From: Camelus ferus
Taxonomy: Eukaryota
NCBI RefSeq assembly: GCF_009834535.1
Contig: NC_045696.1
Coordinates: forward strand, 1,800,001-1,864,000
Length of the DNA: 64,000 nucleotides
Reading direction: 5' to 3'
In this document: one piece after another, positions 37,302 through 64,000 of the stretch
How the letters are laid out: the number at the start of each line of letters is the position of its first letter
How positions within the stretch are numbered: position 1 is the stretch's first letter
Notes under the pieces: model-generated
Database searches by the model: none
The model's input: the letters and a program-made list of their open reading frames with translations, nothing else
Told to the model about the DNA's origin: nothing
Made by a program: the position numbers and the translations under genes

Positions 37302-40300
37302 TGTTTTCCCAAAGTCTGATTTGGAAGCAGACGTTTCCCAAATGCCAGGCGGGGCCTGGACGTTCCTGGTAAAGGGGAGAGCCGTCGCTCAGGCGTGTTT
37401 TCTGTGTCAGTTCTCTGGCTCGGCCACGGGATGGATGTCTGTGGACTGTGGGAGGCTCCCAAAACAACGTCAGCCTTAGGGACAGGCTGCCTGCCACCTC
37501 TGGGGGCGTTCTGTCTCCCTTTTTGGGAGCCCAGCACGACGCAGAGGGTCTGCGCTGCCCATGTGTGAGAAGGTTCAGACGGACAGGCCGCGCTTCTGCC
37601 TGGGGACCCAGGTATGGCCACGGGAGAAGCAGCTGCGTGGGAAAGGACAGCCTTCCAGAGACTGTCCCACGTTTCTTCCTTTAGGAAGAGTCGCAGCCTT
37701 GCCGTGGTGCCCAGGTTGTGGGCGGTGACCCCCCCGTGCCCCAGCAGAAGGGGAGGAGGGTGACCTGCGAGCCGCTTGGGGAGGGCCGCTCCTGCTGGGT
37801 TGGACGGCGGGGCCTGTGGCAGAGCGGGTGTCTCTCCACCCCCTCGCCCTGCCGTCGGGGAGCGTCTGTGTCCGGCAAGGGCATGTCAGGTGTGTGAGGG
37901 CTGCACAGACCCAAGGGGGACTGACCACAGCGTGCCAAGGAGCCAGGGGCAGAGGCGCCTGGGAGCCCACCAGCGGCTGGGTGGAGAAGCACTCCTCCTG
38001 GGGCAGCCGTCACGAGGTGGAAGGTAGTCGCAGACCGGCCTCGTGGGAACCCCGGGGAAGGCAGTGCGCCACCTGTGGGGCCCTTCGAGGTCTCAGGGCA
38101 GGGGGCAAGCTCCCACGGCGGGAAGAGGGGACGTCCCACTCGGGGCACCTTTGGCAAGCAGCCGCCAGCCCCGTGCACAGGCCTTCTCCTGTAATTGTGG
38201 GGTCCAGACACTCTCAGTGAAGCCCGTCTTGCTGTGAATGAGTCGGGGGTGGTGATGTTGCGTCAACACCCTCCCCCTCCCCACCCACTGGGCACAGCTC
38301 GCATCCACCTCCCCCCGCCCCATGACCTGGGGCGCCTCCATCCGGGACCCTTGAACTGGACCCCTGATGGGGTGACCTGCCCACCTCAGCCCCTTGCCTC
38401 CACCCCACCCTCCGCCTTCACCACTCCCTCCCCAGAGTCTCCAGCCACCTTGCTGGTTCCGCTCCCACCTGCCTGCTCTCCCGGTGCCCCTTTGAAGCCT
38501 TCAGGCTGAACGAGAACAGTACACCCAGATCCGGCCTGGCCTGGATCCCGGGGCCTCCAGTCTTTTAACAGGGTCGCGTCGCAATCCCTGCTCTGACCGT
38601 CCCCCCAGGTGACCCTGGAGGCGGGGTTCCCCAGCAGAGTGGGCGCTGGCAGTACACCCGTGTGTGTGTGTTCTCTTGGCCCGAGACCCAGGGCACGTCG
38701 CTCAGCTGAAATGCTGGTCGGTGCAGCCAGAGGCGAGCCAGACGTGTCCTGTTCTCCCTACGAAGCTGCTGCCTAGGAACAAGGGTGTCGCTCTGTCTCA
38801 GGCCACACCGGCAGGTCACCCGGGCCAGCAGCCAGTGTGCTGCCCTGCAGGATGCAGCACTCATCTGGTCCTGACCTGACGTGGGGCACTGAGTGGGCCA
38901 GGCCACAGCATGACCACAGCCAGGAGGTGGGAGGTGGCCGCTGCCCCTTCACTGGAGCCTCCCACGTGCCCAGCTGCTGGGTGGGTGGGGACCCCAACCC
39001 TGAGCCACAGACCCTCCTCTCTGCCCCGACCCCCAGGTCAGGAGGTGAGCTCCGAGCCCGGGGAGAGGCACAGCGCAGTGCCCTCTGGGGTGACGTTCAG
39101 GAGGGGCTGGGGGGAAGGAGCCTTCTGGTGGGGGGAGGTGCTTGCTCATCTCCCCCGTGCCCAGGGCCGCCCTGTTTGCAGGAGGACACGGGAACTTCTG
39201 ATGGTCACCCCTCGGGAAACATTCGTGGGGGTCCCCGTCCCCAGAGGGGGCTGTGGTGTGCTCACAGGCTCCCTGTGGGGGTTCTTGAATCAAATCACTT
39301 CGGAAATTAGAGAAGAAACAAGGAATCTTTGCAGCCAGGTTTCTCCGAAGACAGTGGTTCTCCACAACTCTGGGAGTGGACCCGGGATTCAGTGTCTTCC
39401 TGGGGAGCCTGCGGTTCCAAAGGCCCCACAGGGCACGGGAACACAGGGTACACTGAGCAGGATGCCACTGTGGCGATCACCCAGCCCAGCTAGGAGTGGA
39501 CACTCACGGTGGCCTCACTGAGTGAGATGTGGGCCACGCGTTCACCCTCCCAGCAAAGGGACTGGTTTGCTGGCCTGTGCAGGCCCGCATGAGGGTCAGG
39601 CCTGCCTGCACCCCTGTGCCCCTGTGGCCCGCCCAGCCAGCCAGGACGGCGGGCACACAGGACCCTGCACTCGGTCTAGCCCCGCTGTCCCTGTCCTGAG
39701 TTCACCCTTGTTCAACAAGGGACCTGGTCTCTGGGAAGTCGGCATCCTTCTGCTCCTGCAGGCTGTCACTTTTTGTTAGGAGGAAATATCCTTTCTACAT
39801 AAACGGGCAAAAGCTGCCAGTAAGAGCACCACGGGAGGGAGGGGGGCGGCCATAGCTTCCCCCACGCCGTCCACAGGGACTGGCAGGCAAGGCAGAGTCG
39901 GAAAACACAAACCTGTGACTCCCAGCCTGGCCAGGGGTGCAGTGTCTGTGTCAGCCAGCCCTCAGGATGTCAACAGGTAGGAAAGCTGAAACATTGTCAC
40001 TGCACTGCCCCCATGCGGCCGATGGGTGAGGCTGCAAAGTGAGCACCCCAACACGTGAGCTCCCCTCACTGGACCATCCGACTGAGGCAAACGTGCTGCG
40101 TGAGGCTTTGATGTCCCCTGGCCGGGCTGTCGGGGGCTGGGACCGTGTCTGAGGGGCTCCCCCCCCACATTTAGGCCTTCAGGGGTGGGCCCCCACCCCG
40201 CAGTCGTGCTGTGCGTGCACCTGTGCGCTGGAGCCTCTGGGGCAGCCTTCCGGAAATGCTCTCCAGCACCCGCCGAGCCCCGCCGCCAGCAGTACAGGAA

Positions 40301-43070
40301 AGGGCTCCAATTAAACTGACCGCGCAAGCGTCTGCTTGGGTGTGTGCTGCTCAGGGTTCCATCACCCCCATAAGACGACTCCTGGGCGGCGTTCCCTGCA
40401 AAGCTCACAGAAATAGCAGTGTTTTCCAGGGCCTGAAATTGGAGCCTTCGCTTGGTGAGACAACGCGAGGACTGAGACGGAAAACATGCATCTGTGGTCG
40501 GCCTGCCCTGGCTGCATCCCTAGTGGACACCAGGCTTGGAGCGGGCCCTAGGGCTCGCCCTCCCGCACACGGGGCACGGTGGCTTCAGGGGAGCTGCCCA
40601 TCAGGGCCGCCCTGGGCTTCAAGCGGTCATCAGGGTTGAGAGGGGCTCTGGGTTCAGGTCTTCCTGCTCCTCCCAGCCAGGCGGCCCCAGCCCAGCAGGA
40701 CTGAATGGGGGCTGTAGGAACCGTGGGGTTTGGGCTGCTTCCCAGGGCAGGTGGGATCATTGCCTCTGCTCTCTCGACCACGTATACACCTGGCCAGCTC
40801 TGCAGTGCTCAGCAGACCCCACTCGGCCCCTCCCAGGGTGCTGCCCTGGCCTCAGGCAGCCGGGGAGTGATGCCCAATTCCTGGCTCACCCCATTCCTGG
40901 GCCGGCAGCTCCCCTCCTTCCCCAGCCATGTTCCCTCAGCTGCGCCCTTGGCCTCACACCCCACCCCCACCCTGTTCTGAGAAACTGCTGGGCACATGCT
41001 TTCCTGCAAGTGAGGCTCAGGCTTGTTGTCTGGGGGGGGTGGGATCCCAGGTGGCCCCAAGGTCCTGCTGGACCCCTGGTGTGTACACCCTACGTGAACC
41101 CCACCTTGAGTGGGAGAGGGCAGTCTGTGAACATGAGGGACATGCTGCCTTCTATGGCCAAGGTGAAGGGGTTTCACAGATGTAGTTAAGGCCCCTAATC
41201 AGCTCACTGAGTTAACAAAAGGGAGTGTCATGGTGGGCCTGCCCTAATCAGGTGACCCCAGCCCTCCCTGATAGGCCTCACAGGATCAGGGCTGAGGCAG
41301 CTGAGGGCTCCCCTCCCTGGGCTCAGAGACCTTCTTGCTGCCGTCAGAATTCTGCCAGCAGGAGCTCAGAAGAGCTGAGGTCCAGGTGGGACCACACCCT
41401 TCATTTGGGGAGCCCAGGGGCTGGCTGATAAGAGGAAGCGGTGACAAAGGAGCTGAGCAAGGGTTGGGCCCTGACACCCAGGTCCTCCTGCAGCTGCCAC
41501 AGCCTCTGCCTTGGCCTCCTTGCCACAGGATGGGTGGCTGCTAACACCCTTCCGCCATGTCCCTCTTTCCAGCCTGGGAGGCAGCCTCCTGTGTGCCCAG
41601 TGTGGGCACGCCCCGAGGAGGGCTGCGTGGCCCCGGGAAGGCGGCAGCAGGCCTGGGAGGACATGCCCTAGCTGGCAGAGGCCAGCGAGGGGCTGGGGCC
41701 TGCACTGTTTACCACATCTCCAAACGGCACATTTAAGCAAATCCAGTCCAAAACCCCTGGAAATTTAGCTCCGCCACCTCCTTCCCCAGGCTGGGCATTG
41801 GGTGCCCTGGGAGGGCCTCACCCCAGCACTGCAGGGGTCCAGGGGTACTGGGCAGCACCTGGGCCGGCATGGCATCCTGGCTGGATGTGGATGCGTGGTA
41901 AGGACAGGACACGGTGGTACACGAGACAGGGTCCCTGCCACCCGAGCTCAGCCTCCCAGCCCACGGGAGCGCGCACACACATGCACACGTGGGCTCACAC
42001 GTGCACACGTGGGCTCACACGTGCACAGGGATGCTCACACACAGGCACACACCCAGGTTTCTGGGCCCTGGGAACTGGCCTCTAGTCTCTCCAGAGGCTC
42101 CGCCTCTTGGGGGACTGTCCCTCCTCGGCCTGCCCCAGGACACCCCCCCCATTGCTCGTAGCAGGCAGTGAGACCGCAGGGGCCCAGCTCCAGAAATGGG
42201 CACCCAGGGGCCCCAAGCTCGCAGCAACAGGGTGAGGCTGGCGTGCCCCCAGCGCAGGATCCGCCCCGCCAGGCCTGCTGCCCCCTGGAGTGGCCAAGCT
42301 CCCTGCCAGGGTCTGTGGGGACAAGTGGGCAGCACGAAACGGAGGGAGCCGCCCGGCCAGCCTAGGCCCCACCAGGACACTCCCTTCTCAGGGACCTTCA
42401 ATCGGCCCCATGGATCCCAGAACCTATCCTGACCTCCGCAGGCCCCGAGGGCAGGAATGCAGGCCAGAGCAGCCCTGGACTAAGCGCCTAGGTCCCCAGC
42501 GGGAACAGACGTGGATGCGCAGCCAGCTCTGGGTGACAGGGACCCGCCAGGCGCGGACCACGGGGCTGACATCCAGCTTGTCCTCCCAGGGGCCCTGGTG
42601 TGGGCACCATGCTGCCCCACCCTGGGAACTTCCAAGGGATCAGCCCACAGCCCACAGAGGTGACAAGTTTCTGGCTGCCTCCCCTCCCCTCAACCACCCA
42701 CAGTGTCTCCTGGGACGGTCGCTCCCATTAGCCACCTGCCCCAAGACCCCAGCCCAGGCTGTCTGGGGTAACGTGCCGTGTCAGACTCCAGGCCTGGGAA
42801 CCAGCCTCAGAAAGCCTCCCAAGATGGAGGAAGGACAGGCCTGTCACCCCTCAGGACAGGGCAAGGGGGCTCAGGTCACCATGGCCAGGGTGGGGCTGCT
42901 GGTCCTAGGAGGGGAGTGTGGCCCCAGAAGGCGCATGTCCCTGAGACCCAGCCCAGTCCTGAGGCCAAAGGTGGACCCTAGACCTGTGCGTGTAAGGTGG
43001 GGGCTATCAACCAGCACAGGTTCCGCAGGCCCTGCTCCCGAGTCTGCGAGCACTCCACAGTCGGGGGCAT

Positions 43071-43076
43071 TTTATT
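43071..43076 (-). terminator. PFKL polyadenylation signal AATAAA
   Basis: TTTATT on the + strand, about 375 nt downstream of the PFKL stop codon. Confidence 0.75.
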
Positions 43077-43451
43077 TCTAGAAAAAGTGACAAGCTCTGC
43101 TTAGCCAGTACACCCAGGAGCAGGATCGCAGTGGGGCCCACGGGGCACGACCCCCTTCCCACGTGCACAGAGCCTCCAGCACCAGCCCCCCCACGGCTAA
43201 TGAGGGCATGGACCACATGGGGGCCTGAGGCACTGGGGCAGCAGTGTCCACAGACGCCCCCACATGCCCCTGGACTGGAAGCGGGTGCCCGAGGTCCTCT
43301 GTCCTGGGGGAGAGCTGAGGGGCAGCAGGATGGGACTGGAGCTGTGAGAGCCCGGAGCCAGGCCTGCACGCCGCCCGCCGGCCCCCCGCCTGCCTGCCCG
43401 CAGACCCAGGGAAGGAGGGAGTGGGGAGGCGGACACAGGTGTGGACGCACT

Positions 43452-62358
<18,907 letters not shown>

Positions 62359-62950
62359 CTGCGAGGGAGCAGGGAGACGCCCGTCAGTGGAGACTTGGGG
62401 TGTCGGGGCCCTGGACCTTCGCTCCCCGCATCTCAGGGGACACTGAGCCAGGAGCCCAAGCCCAGCACAGGGCGAACCCCACCCCAGTGTCATTCCAGCT
62501 TCCAAGCATTTGGAAATAAGCTGCCCAGGAAGGTCCCCACCTGGACTGGATTCCTCCAGAGTCTGGAGAACAGGCAGGTGCAAACCTGCCACATTGTGTC
62601 TGGCCTCAGCCTGCCTCGTGCTCACTTGTGGCCCCTGCTGCTCAGCACCACACCCCTCCTACTCCTGTGACCAGACCCTGACCTGGGGGAATCTCAGCAA
62701 GTCGGGTGTACGACCCCAGGATGAAAGAGGAGACAGGTGGGACACAGGGGGCAGCAGCCTTCCAAACCCACCCTCAGCCTCTGCTGGACTCTGGGCCACC
62801 ACACTGGGGGGCAGCTCAGGGGATACCTGAAAGTCAGTGTCCCTTGGCCCTGGGGCCATAAACCCCCTGCCCCACGGCCTGGAGAGTGGCCTTCATAGAA
62901 CAAGGAAGGACAACACCCCCCCCCCTAAGGCTAGGGTCTGGGACTGTTGG

Positions 62951-63500
62951 TGTTGCCGAATATCGTGTTCCAGCTCAGTTGTGAACAGCTACCTGAATCC
63001 AGGCGAGAGACCAAACAGCCCTCGGACAGACGGAGAACTCAGGCTTGTTACACCAAAAGGCCCACAGGAGTTAACACTCCAAGCTCTGGACCCGTCTGTA
63101 GGGTTACACCGGCTTTTATAAGCTGCCAGTTTACACTTTGCAACATCATATGCAAATGAGGTATAAGGAAAGTTGACTAATTAAGAACAAGCTTTGTAGA
63201 AATGGACCAATTAGGAGGGCGAGAAATAACCAATCAGAAGTGAGCTCCATGCAAATGAAGTACTACAAATGGACCAATCAGAAGTTAGGGAAATGAACCA
63301 ATCAGGAGTTAGGGAAATAACTAATCAGGAGTGAAGGAAATAACCAATCAGAAGTGAGCTCAGGGAACCAATAGAATTTTAGGCGTAAGTAAGCCGTTTC
63401 AGAGGCAAAAAGTGAGATACAGCCTCTGAGCCAGGGAACCGGATGGTGCTGGCAGGAGAGTAGTGGCCCTGCCTGTCTTTTTATGGGGCTTCCTGCCTCA
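62951..63500 (-). mobile_element. ERV1-type solo LTR (550 bp) in PFKL intron 1
   Basis: Minus strand runs TGAGGCAGG...CGGCAACA. 4-bp TSD TTGG/CTGG with one mismatch. TATAAAAG at 63120-63113. CCAAT tandem array. Confidence 0.8.
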
Positions 63501-64000
63501 CTGGGGGGGGTCTGGCGGCCTCCGGCAGTCAGCTAAATGGCCTCATGCACACCGGGGCCACCAGGCTCGGGGGTCACCTCGCTTCCTTGACCCCTGGCCC
63601 CAGCCCCTGTCTACAGCAGCTACCCTGCAGTATAGGCTTCCTGGAAAGACAGACAATCGTGGGGCAGGAAGAGAGCGCAGCTCACAAGAAATACTCAAAA
63701 GAGTCCAATGGAACCTCACTCCCGTTTCCTTGCAGGTCAGTTCCCGCGGGCCTGGCCCATAGTAGGGCTCACAAGGCACAACCCGAGGAAGCCCCATGGG
63801 CGGCCCCACGGGGGACAGGTGCACCAGCAGTAGCCCAACGCGGCAGCCCCTGCTGCTGTCTGAGGGTGGGACGGGGCCTCCAGGTGGCCTGACGCGCACA
63901 GCTGCAGCCCCCTCAAGCCCAGAGAATGCTAGGTCAGATACCAGGTCAGATGCCAGGTGGGTGGCCCTGTGCGGGCACCCGGGGCAGGCCCAGCCCCCAC

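Noticed and set aside
63200..63375. CRISPR-like regularly spaced repeats
   Set aside because: The ~23-bp tandem units lack unique spacers and lie inside a mammalian LTR U3; there are no cas genes.

Overview
This is GC-rich mammalian genomic DNA, not prokaryotic. It is the syntenic TRPM2-CFAP410(C21orf2)-PFKL block, inverted relative to human chr21q22.3. It contains three genes. (1) The 5' half of TRPM2 on the minus strand: coding exons 1-11, ATG at 18629, continuing past the left edge. (2) The complete CFAP410 gene on the plus strand: 7 exons, about 255 aa, CpG-island promoter, AATAAA at 37296. (3) PFKL exons 2-22 on the minus strand: stop at 43452, exon 1 beyond the right edge. All exons were read by hand with GT-AG boundaries, and exon lengths match my recollection of the human orthologues with few exceptions. 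tRNA-Ala-like SINEs and a laurasiatherian-type L1 3' end suggest a camelid genome (inference). Most long ORFs in the supplied track are artefacts of high GC content. Best leads: (a) a solo ERV LTR in PFKL intron 1, sense to PFKL, with a ~23-bp-periodic CCAAT array, two octamers, a TATA box, a decayed polyA signal and a splice donor, i.e. a candidate alternative PFKL promoter; (b) a +1 frameshift with premature stop in PFKL exon 7, probably an assembly error; (c) a 7-aa deletion in the TRPM2 'delta-N' loop and substitutions next to the MHR1/2 ADP-ribose pocket. I found no convincing wholly new gene system.
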